Shown here: in pieces, positions 40,441 to 50,900 of the stretch
Numbering within the stretch: position 1 is the stretch's first letter
How the letters are laid out: each line of letters begins with the position of its first letter
Source of the DNA: an uncultured Acetatifactor sp.
Lineage (GTDB): Bacteria > Bacillota > Clostridia > Lachnospirales > Lachnospiraceae
NCBI GenBank assembly: GCA_949840935.1
Contig: CATKXX010000007.1
Location: 28,070-92,069, forward strand
Length of the DNA: 64,000 nt
Reading direction: 5' to 3'
Position numbers and translations under genes: made by a program
The notes under the pieces: model-generated
The model's database searches: none
What the model saw: only the letters and a program-made list of their open reading frames with translations
What the model was told of the DNA's origin: nothing

Positions 40441-43400
40441 CTAATCTTCCAACTCCTTGTCGATCAGATTGACACTGACAAGCGTGGACACGCCTTTCTC
40501 CTGCATGGTAATGCCATACAGCCTGTCCACCTGTTCCATAGTCCCTCTCCTGTGCGTGATAACAATAAACTGAGTGTTCTTTGTCAGCTTATGTAAATAT
40601 TTCGCAAAGCGGCCTACATTGGAATCATCCAAAGCCGCCTCAATCTCATCCAGCAGACAGAAGGGCGAAGGCTTCAGATTCTGGATGGCAAAAAGCAGGG
40701 AAATCGCCGTCAACGCCTTCTCTCCGCCCGAAAGCTGCATCATATTCTGCAGTTTCTTCCCGGGTGGCTGCGCAATGATGCGTATACCTGCCTCCAGAAG
40801 ATCCTCGTCCTCCATCAATTCCAGCGTACCTTTCCCGCCGCCGAAAAGCTCCTTGAACACCTTGTCGAATTCTCTGGTGATCTCCGCAAATTTTTCCGCA
40901 AACTGCTTTCTCATAGCGGTATCCAGCTCCTCGATGATGCCCTCCAATGTCTTCTCGGCCTCCACCAGATCGTCATGCTGCGTCTTCATAAAGGTAAAGC
41001 GATCCATCAGGTTTTTGTAATCTTCGATAGCATTTACATTTACATCACCCAGACGTTTGATCTGTTCCTTCAGGGAAGATATATCCTTCTTCATGACTGC
41101 CAGGTCTGTCAGGCACTCATCACGGATAGCCGCCGCATCGCTTAAGGTGATCTCATACTCATCCCACATATAGTTGATATGGGATTCCAGATTCTCCTCC
41201 AGCTTCTCCTTCTGGCTGCCCAGGCGGTATACCTCCTTGTCCAGGCCCGTCATTTGTTCCGACAGCTCCTCCCGTCTCTGAAAGAAATTCTTCTGTTTAG
41301 CAGACAGCTCCTCCTTTCGGGCAATCTGTTCCTTTAATTTCTTCTCGGATTCGTTCTGTGCATCATAGGAGGCGGAAATAGTCTTCTCAATCTCCAGGAT
41401 GTTCTGTTCCTTCTGCTCAACCTGACGCCCGTTTTCCTCCAAAGCCTCAAGGATCTCATCAAGCTCCGACTGGGAACGCCTGATCTCGCCGTTAATGCGA
41501 TCCACATTGGCCTGCTTGAAGCCCTGGGTCTGGCGCATCTTTTCCACCTTAAGATCCCACTCTGAAACCTGCGCTGCCGCCTCTGTTTCCAGTAGGCGCT
41601 GCTCCTCCAGCTCCTTCTGGAACTGCAGTATCTGCTCCTGTGTATTTTTTTCCAGTGTCTCACTGTCAGCCAGCTCCTTCTGGATGGATTCTTTATCATT
41701 CCGGATTCCGAAAATCCTGCTTTCGATTTCCTTTTCCTCCAGCTTCAGGGAGGTAACTCCCTCCTCCTCCTCCTCCATCCGTTCTCTTGCCTGGCTGATA
41801 TTTAATCTGGCGGTATTCTGCTCGATGGACTTTCGCTGGATGGCCGTCTTTACGGTTTCCACGTCCATACGCAGCTTATTGCGCCTGGACTTTGTGTCAT
41901 CAATCTCCCGGTTGATCTTATCCACTGAGGCAAGCAGCTGCTTCACATGTTTCTCCAGCTCATCGATTTCCCGGCGCCTTCCCAGGAGATTACTGCTGTT
42001 CTTGAATGCGCCCCCGCTGATGGCCCCGCCGGGAACCAGCAGCTCTCCCTCCAATGTGACCATACGGACACTGTAGCCGAATTTCCGTGCTATTTTTACC
42101 GCATTGTCCACATTGTCCACCACCACAATACGGCCCAACAGGGATTTCGCCACATTCCTGTACTTCCCCTCAATCTGTACCAGCTCATCGGCCATGCCGA
42201 TAATGCCGTTTTCGGACAACGCCTCCTGATTTTTGAATTCCTGCGGCCTGGTAATGCTTGTGAGAGGCAGAAAGGTTGCACGGCCCAGCTTATTATCCTT
42301 CAGGTAGCGGATCATCTTTTTCGCCGTGTCCTCATTGTCTGTGACAATATTCTGGATATTGCCGCCCAACGCCGTCTCGATAGCCGTCTCATACTTCTTC
42401 TCTACCTTAATGATATCCGCTACGACGCCGATAATACCCTTCGTCTTTTCCTTCTGCTCCATAACTTTCTTGACGCTGCCGCCATAGCCCTCATAGCGCT
42501 CCGTCAGATTTGTGAGGGCTTCCAGCTTGGACTTCTCCATATGATATGCCGCCTGGGTATCCCTGAGCCTTGCATCCGTACTGGCCAGCAGCTCACGCAT
42601 GTCCCCCAGCTCCAGCTCCATGGAGGCCTCCTGCTCATTCATCACGCGGATTTCCTCTGTGATGGCTGCGAATTCATCCTCCAGCTTTTTCATATTTTCC
42701 TCTCTCGCCGCCTCGTCAGTCTTGGCGCGGAGCAGCCTGGAATTCAATTCGGCCCTTCGGATATTTATCTGTTCCAGCATGGTGTCAAAACGGCCTATCT
42801 TGGACTTGATGGTAGCACGCTGGTTCAATTCGCCAATAATCGTATTTTTCCCATTTTCAATCTGACTGTTTAATTCTGTGATCCTGTCCTGAATCTGTGA
42901 CAGCTTCTCCTTCAGCTCATTGGCTGTCTCCGTAATCCGGCAGACTTCCTCATCGGTCTCACCCTTTTCCCGGAGAATGCTCTCCTTGTCCTTCTCCCTG
43001 GCAGCAATCTCCTCCTGCAGGGTATTGCGCCGGCTGGTGAGATGGGCTTCATTTCCCCTTGCAGAGTTAATCTGCTCCTTCAGGACATTCAGCTCACCCT
43101 CCAGCTTTCCCCTCATCAGCCCTGTGTCGGTCAGCGTACCCCTGGCCTGTTCAATAGCCTCGTCCAGGCCTTCTATTTCCTCCTGAATCCGCTCGTATTC
43201 TTCCCTGATGCCCTCATACTTTTCGCTGACTTCCGAAAGGTCTGCGCTGGCTATGCCGAATTTTTCTTCGACCGCCTCGAGCTGTTCCTTCAAATTAGCA
43301 TTTTCCAGCAGAAAAGCATTGATATCCAGCTTTTTTAATTCTTCCTTCTTCTTCAGATATATCCTTGCCTTCTCCGACTGTCTTTCCAAGGGCTCAATCT

Positions 43401-44001
43401 GCTTCTCCAATTCTGACAAAATATCATTGACACGGACAAGATTCTGCTTTTCATTTTCCAGCTTGGTCTGTGCTGATGCCTTACGGCGCTTGAATTTCAC
43501 AATCCCTGCCGCTTCATCAAAAAGCTCCCGGCGCTCCTCCGGCTTACCGCTCAGTATCTTGTCAATCTGCCCCTGCCCGATAATGGAATATCCCTCTTTA
43601 CCAATACCGGTATCATAAAAGAGCTCATTTACATCCTTCAATCTGCAGGGACTGCCGTTGATCAGATATTCACTTTCTCCGGAACGGTAAATCCGACGCG
43701 CTACCGTCACCTCGTCAAAATCTATGGCAAGCTGATGATCCGCATTGTCCAGTGTGATAGCCACATAGGCATAACTCAGGGGCTTCCTGTTCTCTGTTCC
43801 CGAGAAAATGACATCCTGCATGCTGGCTCCGCGCAGCTGCTTTACACGCTGCTCGCCAAGCACCCATCGGACCGCATCGGCAACATTACTTTTTCCGCTG
43901 CCGTTGGGGCCCACAATTCCTGTGATACCATTATGAAACTGAAACGTTATCTTGTTCGCAAAGGACTTAAATCCAAGTACTTCAATGCTTTTTAAATACA
44001 T
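40441..44001 (-). CDS. smc: Chromosome segregation protein SMC
   Basis: GPNGSGKSN Walker A, coiled coils, hinge GRATFLPL, LSGGEK, LDEIEAALD. Confidence 0.98.
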   Translation of the reverse strand: MYLKSIEVLGFKSFANKITFQFHNGITGIVGPNGSGKSNVADAVRWVLGEQRVKQLRGASMQDVIFSGTENRKPLSYAYVAITLDNADHQLAIDFDEVTVARRIYRSGESEYLINGSPCRLKDVNELFYDTGIGKEGYSIIGQGQIDKILSGKPEERRELFDEAAGIVKFKRRKASAQTKLENEKQNLVRVNDILSELEKQIEPLERQSEKARIYLKKKEELKKLDINAFLLENANLKEQLEAVEEKFGIASADLSEVSEKYEGIREEYERIQEEIEGLDEAIEQARGTLTDTGLMRGKLEGELNVLKEQINSARGNEAHLTSRRNTLQEEIAAREKDKESILREKGETDEEVCRITETANELKEKLSQIQDRITELNSQIENGKNTIIGELNQRATIKSKIGRFDTMLEQINIRRAELNSRLLRAKTDEAAREENMKKLEDEFAAITEEIRVMNEQEASMELELGDMRELLASTDARLRDTQAAYHMEKSKLEALTNLTERYEGYGGSVKKVMEQKEKTKGIIGVVADIIKVEKKYETAIETALGGNIQNIVTDNEDTAKKMIRYLKDNKLGRATFLPLTSITRPQEFKNQEALSENGIIGMADELVQIEGKYRNVAKSLLGRIVVVDNVDNAVKIARKFGYSVRMVTLEGELLVPGGAISGGAFKNSSNLLGRRREIDELEKHVKQLLASVDKINREIDDTKSRRNKLRMDVETVKTAIQRKSIEQNTARLNISQARERMEEEEEGVTSLKLEEKEIESRIFGIRNDKESIQKELADSETLEKNTQEQILQFQKELEEQRLLETEAAAQVSEWDLKVEKMRQTQGFKQANVDRINGEIRRSQSELDEILEALEENGRQVEQKEQNILEIEKTISASYDAQNESEKKLKEQIARKEELSAKQKNFFQRREELSEQMTGLDKEVYRLGSQKEKLEENLESHINYMWDEYEITLSDAAAIRDECLTDLAVMKKDISSLKEQIKRLGDVNVNAIEDYKNLMDRFTFMKTQHDDLVEAEKTLEGIIEELDTAMRKQFAEKFAEITREFDKVFKELFGGGKGTLELMEDEDLLEAGIRIIAQPPGKKLQNMMQLSGGEKALTAISLLFAIQNLKPSPFCLLDEIEAALDDSNVGRFAKYLHKLTKNTQFIVITHRRGTMEQVDRLYGITMQEKGVSTLVSVNLIDKELED

Positions 44002-44696
44002 ATTCCTCTATCCCTCAGCAGCAGCAGCGTCTCATAAGATGCCTGCTGCTCTGCCGCTTTCTTTGATCTTCCTGTTCCTTCTCCCAGAATCTCATCCTCC
44101 ATGCGCACGCGCACGCGGAAGCATTTATTGTGCTCCGGCCCGCTCTCCTCCAGCAATTCATAGCAGAATTCTTTTCTCAGCCTGCCCTGCATCAGCTCCT
44201 GCAGGGTACTTTTGCTGTCATAGAACAGCTGCTTGTCCTCCAAGTCCGCCATAATGTATTTCTCAATGAAGGCCTTGGCCTGTTCCATTCCTCCGTCCAG
44301 GTATATTGCCCCTATCAGCGCCTCCATCACATCGGCAGCTATGCTATCACGCCCCCTGCCCCCGGTGTACCGCTCGCCCTTTCCCAGCCTGATATATGGC
44401 ACCAGATGCAGATCCCTGGCACAGAAAGCAAGGGATGGCTCACAGACCATAGCTGCCCTCAGCTTCGTCAGCTCCCCCTCTGACATGTCGGGATTCTGCC
44501 TGAAAAGGCTCTCGCTGGACACAAGCTCCAGCACTGCATCCCCCAAAAATTCCAGCCTTTCATAGCTGGCAATCTTGTTGATCTTCCGTTCATTTGCATA
44601 GGAAGTGTGGGTCAATGCCTGCTGCAGCAGCTTCTTATCCCCAAAGCAATATCCTATCTGTTCTTCCAGCTTTTCCAGGGTAAATTCCTTCTGCAC
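43992..44696 (-). CDS. rnc: Ribonuclease III
   Basis: ERLEFLGDAVL signature, dsRBD; likely GTG start at 44696 behind GGAGG (ORF track start 44711). Confidence 0.96.
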   Translation of the reverse strand: MQKEFTLEKLEEQIGYCFGDKKLLQQALTHTSYANERKINKIASYERLEFLGDAVLELVSSESLFRQNPDMSEGELTKLRAAMVCEPSLAFCARDLHLVPYIRLGKGERYTGGRGRDSIAADVMEALIGAIYLDGGMEQAKAFIEKYIMADLEDKQLFYDSKSTLQELMQGRLRKEFCYELLEESGPEHNKCFRVRVRMEDEILGEGTGRSKKAAEQQASYETLLLLRDRGICI

Positions 44697-44710
44697 TTCT
44701 TCTACCTCCA

Positions 44711-44770
44711 TTCAAAGGAAAGGAGCAGTACGCACGGCGGACTCACGCATAGCGGACTGCTCTTATTGAA
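44711..44770 (-). promoter_or_regulatory. Long imperfect stem-loop in acpP-rnc spacer, candidate RNase III autoregulatory site
   Basis: AAGAGCAGTCCGC / GCGTACTGCTCCT arms plus outer TTCAA/TTGAA, immediately 5' of the rnc RBS. Confidence 0.5.
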
Positions 44771-44803
44771 AGCAACGATTGTAATGATAAGCCTGACGCA
44801 GCT

Positions 44804-45034
44804 TTAGTTCAGAGCTCCCTTGATCAGCTCCACTGCTTCCTCCACAGTAGTAATCTTTTCTGCTTTTTCTGCGGGGATTTCAATATCAAACACTTCCTCA
44901 ATCCCCATGATGATCTGGAATACATCCAGAGAATCAGCTCCAAGGTCATCCATGAAAGTAGTTTCCATTGTAATCTCCTCAGGATCCACATTCAGTACCT
45001 CTGCAATTACCTTTTTCAGCTTTTCAAATTCCAT
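44804..45034 (-). CDS. acpP: Acyl carrier protein
   Basis: DLGADSLD phosphopantetheine site. Confidence 0.97.
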   Translation of the reverse strand: MEFEKLKKVIAEVLNVDPEEITMETTFMDDLGADSLDVFQIIMGIEEVFDIEIPAEKAEKITTVEEAVELIKGALN

Positions 45035-45058
45035 AACAACTCCTTCTTTCTTTCCTTT

Positions 45059-46069
45059 TTAGTCTTCCAGAACTATTTTTTCTTTAATTTTTTCATTTAT
45101 ATTCTGTTCCTTAAACGCTATGCATTGAAGGATAGAATTTTTAATTTCAATGGCCTTGCTGCTCCCGTGGGTCTTGACCACCAGGCCGTTGAGCCCCAGC
45201 AGCGGGGCGCCCCCATATTCTTCGGTGCTGAACCCTTTTAAGGTCTTCTTCAGCGCAGGCTTTACCAGCAGGCCGCCAATCTTACTCCTGGCAGAATCCA
45301 TCATACCCTCTTTGATCTTGTCCACCAGGGCCGCGCTGACGCCCTCCAGCATCTTTAATACCACATTTCCCACAAAGGCTTCACAGACCAGCACATCCGC
45401 CACGCCAAAGGCAATGTCCCTGGCCTCCACATTGCCGATAAAGTTAATTTCCGGGCAATTCTGCAGCAGAGGGTAGGTTTCCTTGGTCAGGGCATTTCCC
45501 TTTTCCTCCTCCACACCGATATTCACCAGGCCGATTCTGGGGTTTTTGACACCGATAACGCTTTCCATATAGACGCTTCCCATCTTGGCAAACTGTACAA
45601 GCTGTGAAGGCCTGGCATCCACATTGGCGCCGCAGTCCAACAGCAGGCTGACACCCTTTATATTAGGTATGATGGGGGCCAGGGGCGGCCTCTCCACTCC
45701 CCTGATTCGTCCCACAATGACCTGTCCGCCTACCAGGACGGCTCCCGTGCTTCCCGCAGAAACGAGAGCATCGCACTCCCCGTCCTTCACCAGGTTCATG
45801 CATTTCACAATGGAAGAATCCTTTTTCTTCCGGATTGCCATGACCGGCGGCTCTGCAGTCTCAATCACTTCCTCCGCATGGATAAGCTCTATCCGGGAAG
45901 CATCATAAGTATATTTCTTCAGCTCCTCCCGGATGACAGGCTCCCTGCCTGTGAGAAATACCCGGATACGCTTGTCCTCATTGACAGCCTCCACCGCGCC
46001 TTTGACAAGCTCTCCGGGGGCATTGTCCCCACCCATGGCATCCACTGCCACATTCACTATCTCAGCCAT
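45059..46069 (-). CDS. plsX: Phosphate acyltransferase PlsX
   Basis: AVDAMGGDNAP, SAGSTGA, LDCGAN, NIGVEEEKGN, KTHGSS. Confidence 0.97.
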   Translation of the reverse strand: MAEIVNVAVDAMGGDNAPGELVKGAVEAVNEDKRIRVFLTGREPVIREELKKYTYDASRIELIHAEEVIETAEPPVMAIRKKKDSSIVKCMNLVKDGECDALVSAGSTGAVLVGGQVIVGRIRGVERPPLAPIIPNIKGVSLLLDCGANVDARPSQLVQFAKMGSVYMESVIGVKNPRIGLVNIGVEEEKGNALTKETYPLLQNCPEINFIGNVEARDIAFGVADVLVCEAFVGNVVLKMLEGVSAALVDKIKEGMMDSARSKIGGLLVKPALKKTLKGFSTEEYGGAPLLGLNGLVVKTHGSSKAIEIKNSILQCIAFKEQNINEKIKEKIVLED

Positions 46070-46167
46070 TTATTTTGTCCTTTCCGCAATACTACATTAA
46101 CTATACTAAACACCTTGGTAAAAATCAAGATATTTCTTTCAGGCGGAATTCCGATGCGCGCTAAAGC

Positions 46168-46187
46168 ATTTTTCAAACACGCTCTAA
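46168..46187 (-). repeat. 20-bp dispersed repeat (MITE/IS-end-like), copy 2
   Basis: ATTTTTCAAACACGCTCTAA, exact reverse complement of 8325-8344. Confidence 0.7.
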
Positions 46188-46204
46188 AGGCTGCAGCAGT
46201 ATAG

Positions 46205-47941
46205 TTACACTCTCCTGTACCGGTTCAGACAGGAGTAGATTTCCTGGGGCCTGGGCATGGCATAGCCGCCGGGAATATAGCTGCCTTCCGCAAAAAATTC
46301 CAGTCCCTTCTTCTCCAGCTGGCCGATGATGTATCCGGCAATCTCCGGCAGGGTGCGCTTTCCGTCAATCAGTTTCTCCACGGCATATTTTAGCACCAGG
46401 CCCAGGGAAGCAGTCTGTTCGCTGTCCGTGATCTGCTCGATGTAACGCAGATCCACATTCTGCCTGCCCAGGGTAAATCCGTCCCGGCCCATAACCTTTA
46501 CCTTCAGACGCTCCTGCCCGTCCTGCCGTACTTCTCCGGTTCTGTAGTCCCTCCGCTTCGGCGCACCTTCCGCGTCCTTTGTCATGATCCGGCGGCTTTG
46601 AGGCATTTTGAACGCCGATACGGCCTCCGTGTCATGAAGGGGAAAACTCTCGCAGAGCGATTTTGCCTTTTCCGTTATGTCCAGAGGACGGTAATTGTCC
46701 ATCTGGATGACCGTGTCCGCGATGTGGAAAAAGGCGCCGGAGCTTCCTGCCACCAGGATAGTTGAGATTCCTGCTTTCTCGTACAGATCCCTTGCCCTGG
46801 ACAGGAATGGTGTGATTGGCTCCTTGTCAGGACTGACCACACTCTGCATAAAGGCGTCCCGCACCATAAAGTTAGTAGCTGAGGTATCCTCGTCCAGCAG
46901 GAAAGTACGGCTGCCTGCCTCCATGCCCTCCACAATCCCTGCTGCCTGGGAAGTGCTCCCGCTGGCATCCACAGTGGAAAAACTACGGGTGTCCTTTTTA
47001 TTCGGCAGGTCATTTATAAACAGGGATATATCCACATCCTTAATAAAACGTCCGTCCTCGGACCGCAGCTTCAAAGCACTTTCCTCCGTGATCACATATT
47101 CCCTTCCGTCGCCGGCGATATGATCATATACGCCAAGCTCCAGGGCGTTGAGCAGTGTGGATTTCCCGTGGTAACCTCCGCCAACGATGAGCGTAATACC
47201 CTCCGGGATCCCCATCCCGGTAATGGTTCCCCTGTGAGGCAGCTCCATGCTCACCCGCAGGGAATCCGGCGATGTAAACTTCACGGAATCCTTCATGGGC
47301 CGCGAGGAAATACCACTCTCTCTGGGAAGTACTGCCTGGTCTGCCACAAAGGCAGCCAGCCTCCGCTCACGGAGCTGTCCCCGGATATAAGCCTGATCCT
47401 CCGCCAGCTCAATAACAGCCTTTACGGCGCGGGCGTCCAGATTTTTGTAATAAAGAGCCTTCTCCACACATACCGGAAGGTATTCAAACAGAATCTTCTC
47501 CAGCTCTCCTGCATTAATAGTTCTGCCGTTGGCGGGAAAGCCCACGGAAAAACGCGCTGTGACCCCGTTTCCGCTGACCTCGCAGGCAGTGCGGCGAAGG
47601 ACCTCCTGTCCACAGTGTGTCACAGAGATCAGGCCGCTCTTTCCGGAGCCTTTCGCCTTAAAGGTAAAATGGTTCACCTGTGCGCCAAACTGCCGGGTAA
47701 GATGATCCGCCAGAGCATTTTTCGTCAGGCTGTCTTTCAGACAGAAATCCGGGAAAGCCGCTGCCTTCATGGGTACAATTACACTGACATGGGAGGGCGC
47801 CGCAAAAGGGTCTCCCTGCACATGGTCAATATTGAGCTGATAACCGTTGAACTGATAGCTCCCCCGCAGCGCCTTGTATGCAGGATAGCTCTTGTGGTCG
47901 ATGCTCCTGAGCTGGTTCTGTAAATCTCTCGATGATTGCAT
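46205..47941 (-). CDS. Soluble ABC-class ATPase (ABC_ATPase family)
   Basis: DHVQGDPFAAPS, GGGYHGKST Walker A, ASGSTSQAA, LLDEDTSATNFM; no TM segments. Confidence 0.88.
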   Translation of the reverse strand: MQSSRDLQNQLRSIDHKSYPAYKALRGSYQFNGYQLNIDHVQGDPFAAPSHVSVIVPMKAAAFPDFCLKDSLTKNALADHLTRQFGAQVNHFTFKAKGSGKSGLISVTHCGQEVLRRTACEVSGNGVTARFSVGFPANGRTINAGELEKILFEYLPVCVEKALYYKNLDARAVKAVIELAEDQAYIRGQLRERRLAAFVADQAVLPRESGISSRPMKDSVKFTSPDSLRVSMELPHRGTITGMGIPEGITLIVGGGYHGKSTLLNALELGVYDHIAGDGREYVITEESALKLRSEDGRFIKDVDISLFINDLPNKKDTRSFSTVDASGSTSQAAGIVEGMEAGSRTFLLDEDTSATNFMVRDAFMQSVVSPDKEPITPFLSRARDLYEKAGISTILVAGSSGAFFHIADTVIQMDNYRPLDITEKAKSLCESFPLHDTEAVSAFKMPQSRRIMTKDAEGAPKRRDYRTGEVRQDGQERLKVKVMGRDGFTLGRQNVDLRYIEQITDSEQTASLGLVLKYAVEKLIDGKRTLPEIAGYIIGQLEKKGLEFFAEGSYIPGGYAMPRPQEIYSCLNRYRRV

Positions 47942-47965
47942 ATCTTTTACCTCCGCTTTTTCCTT

Positions 47966-50900
47966 TTACTGGTTTCTCTGATCTTTCTTTTTCAACAGCG
48001 CAGAAGTGTCCAGGGCCTGGGGCTCCTGTTTCCTGCCTGCCTTTTTTGATTTCCCCGGCTTCCTTTCTCCGCCGGGCGGCTCCATTCCCGCTCTGCCGGT
48101 GGGCGTCCCTCCGACGGGCGGCTCCGTTCCTTCCCCTTCAAGAGCGCCTTTCCTTCCGTCGGATGCATTCATTCCCTTAACGATCGCTGTACCGGCACCT
48201 GAAACTATACTGGCATCCCCCCGCCTGCGTTGTAACAGGCGACGCCGGACCAAACGGTACAGTCCCGTTTCCCAAGGCAGGAAATGGAACCTGCGGAATG
48301 CGATGTCCAGCACAAACCATACTACTGCCAACAGGATCAGCCATTTCGTCAGCTCATACCGCTCCTTTGACTGACTCCTTCTCTGCTGCCAGAAATTGTC
48401 CCCAGGAGCAAGCAGCCTTCCATAGTGCTCCACAAAGCCGATAAAGGCCTCGCTGCCCACATCAAATTTATATTCATCCGAGTATTGTACCGCTGTAGCA
48501 GTGGTCACAGTATTTGCAATGCTTCCGTCCTCCAGACGCCTCACACTCAAACTGTAGAGCCCTGATAAATCCGTATCGAGCTTTGCCTCATAACGACCCG
48601 GCGCGGTGGCATGCAGGGGCGCTGTCTGTGTATTTCCCTCAGGATCAGTGTATACCGCTTCCACCTTGGTCTGTTCACTGAAGTCCAGGGCGTTGTAAAC
48701 GATGCTCGTCACCCCTCCCGCGGTCAGTACATCCATGGTGTCTTCGCCGATGGCAGTATTGCCCACGCTGAAATCAATGATACGCCTCCAGAGCTGCACA
48801 TAGTCATTCTCGCCCGCATAAGCCGCCGTCCACTGATTCGTCACATCCGTATTCCAGGCAGCCGTATGCCCCAGGCCGTACTGCATGACGGTGAGCACCG
48901 GATCATCTTTCTCGGAAGCGATCAGCACGCTGGACGCATTCTTTGGTGTAGCGCTTACGTATCCGTAGATACTTGGCCACCCGCCCTCAAACAGCTCCCT
49001 TGTGATTTCATGACTGCTGTTTACCGCAAGACTGAATTCCCCGTTCTGCAGATAAGTATCTCCACTCAGAAACACCTCCTGGGCAAAGATTTTGGGTATC
49101 TCAGAAGCTATATCCGAATAATAATAGCGTCCTCCGCAATTATCCGCAAGCCTCTGCAGAAGCCTCATGTCCGATCCGTCTCCCACCGCCACTGTGGATA
49201 ATGTTACATTTCCGCCTGTATATGCCTCTATTACATCATTGTAATTACGGCTCTCCCCCTGGCCGTCCGTCAGGAGAATTACATGCCGTATGCCCGCATC
49301 ACAGCCCGCCGCACCCTCAAGTGCAGCCAACAGGGCGGGTTGTATGGTGGTTCCTCCCCCTTCCGCTATGGTCTCAATCTGTGCTTTGATGGTCTCCTTG
49401 TCGGAAGCCTGCACCGGCTCCACTACCCAGCTGTAAGTATCATCAAAGGTGAGCACACCGACATAATCCGTACTGCGCATCTGATCCACAGCCGTCTCCG
49501 CTGCGGTGATGGCCAGATCCAGGCTGGTAGCTCCTGTGCCTGTTGCCGCCCCCATACTTCCTGAATGGTCGATGACCATGATCATTGCCGTGGAAGGGAT
49601 TTCATCCACTCCCCTGAGCAGCATATCCACAGGAAGCACCGTCTCCAGCACACTCTCTCGGTAACCGCCCAGCGCAAAGCTGTCCTCTCCGCCCATGCAG
49701 ACCAGCCCACAGCCATAATCCTTCACATAAGTCTCTATATTATCCAGAAATCCCTCCGGAAGATCCGGCAGATACACATTCTCCAGCAAAATACTCTTAT
49801 ACGCCAAAAGGCCTTCCAGGGTTTCCGGCGCATTGATTGCGGAAACCACGCTGTAATTACTGCCTGCGCTGCGGAGTACCTCCTCATACTGGCGGCTGTC
49901 CTCCTCCATGCCGGAGATCAGAAGCACCTTGGGCACTGAGTCAACCACAGAGTAAGCGTGATAGCTGTCGTTCTCCCCGCAGGTGTCTCCCGGAGCCGCT
50001 ACCCTTACCTCGAAGCTTTCCACGCTCTCCCCTGTCACCTGCTGCCGGAGCCGGAACTGGTTCGTCCCCCTGTTAAGGTGTACATCATAGCTTTCCGTCT
50101 GCATTGTCCCCATCCAAATCTGAAGCTGTGCATCGGTTTCATAATTACTTTCCACCGTCACGGTCATGGAATACATATCTCCCTGATACAGATATCCCGG
50201 AAGCACTACCTGCTCCACATAGGCATCCTGCCCCTGTACTGTCTCGTAGACCATCGCAAGAAGCTCCACCTGTCTGGCCGCCAGCGCAGACGCCGTTCCC
50301 GCCAGATCCCCTCTGGTCTCCCGGCCGTCGGTCAGAATTACAATCCGCCCGGCCCCCTCTGACGGAAGCATGGCCAGTGCCCGGGACACTGCCTCTTCAA
50401 AGCTTGTCGCCGTCTTGTCAGGCAGCGACATGATCCGGGAAAAGTGATCTTCCTGTGTCAGGAACTGCTCCACTAGGGAATCCTTTCCAAAGGTGACAAT
50501 CCCATACTGGTTATTCCCCGGCATAATACTGAGAGCATCGTCCAGATACCGCTCCATCTCCGGAAGATTCTGTTCGTTGCTGTTCGAGATATCCACCAGA
50601 AAGACTGTGGTATTTACCCCGCTCCGTTTATTTATGGAAACCCCCAGCAAAGCCAGAAGGATCAAGAGTGCACTCACCCCTCTGACCACAAGATAGAAAC
50701 GCCCCCTGTAACGCGTCTGCCTGACATACAGAACCCATTCCAGCGCCAGCAGAAGCAGGGCTGCCGCCAACAGGACATTGCGAAGACGCTTTTTAACAAG
50801 CCGGCCTCCTTCAATGTCCGGGCCGGGAACCCCCTCCGACACGATTCTCCCGTCCGATTCGCCTGCTGTGGCAAAGCGCACTACATAGGCTTCCGTGATA

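Noticed and set aside
38869-40596. 575-aa plus-strand ORF and similar long antisense ORFs (882-1964, 12470-13801, 22314-23549, 62514-63467)
   Set aside because: Shadow frames opposite well-supported genes, expected with GC-rich codon bias; no recognisable motifs.
8325-46187. Composite transposon bounded by the 20-bp inverted repeats
   Set aside because: Interval is essential core genes in normal synteny and contains no transposase.
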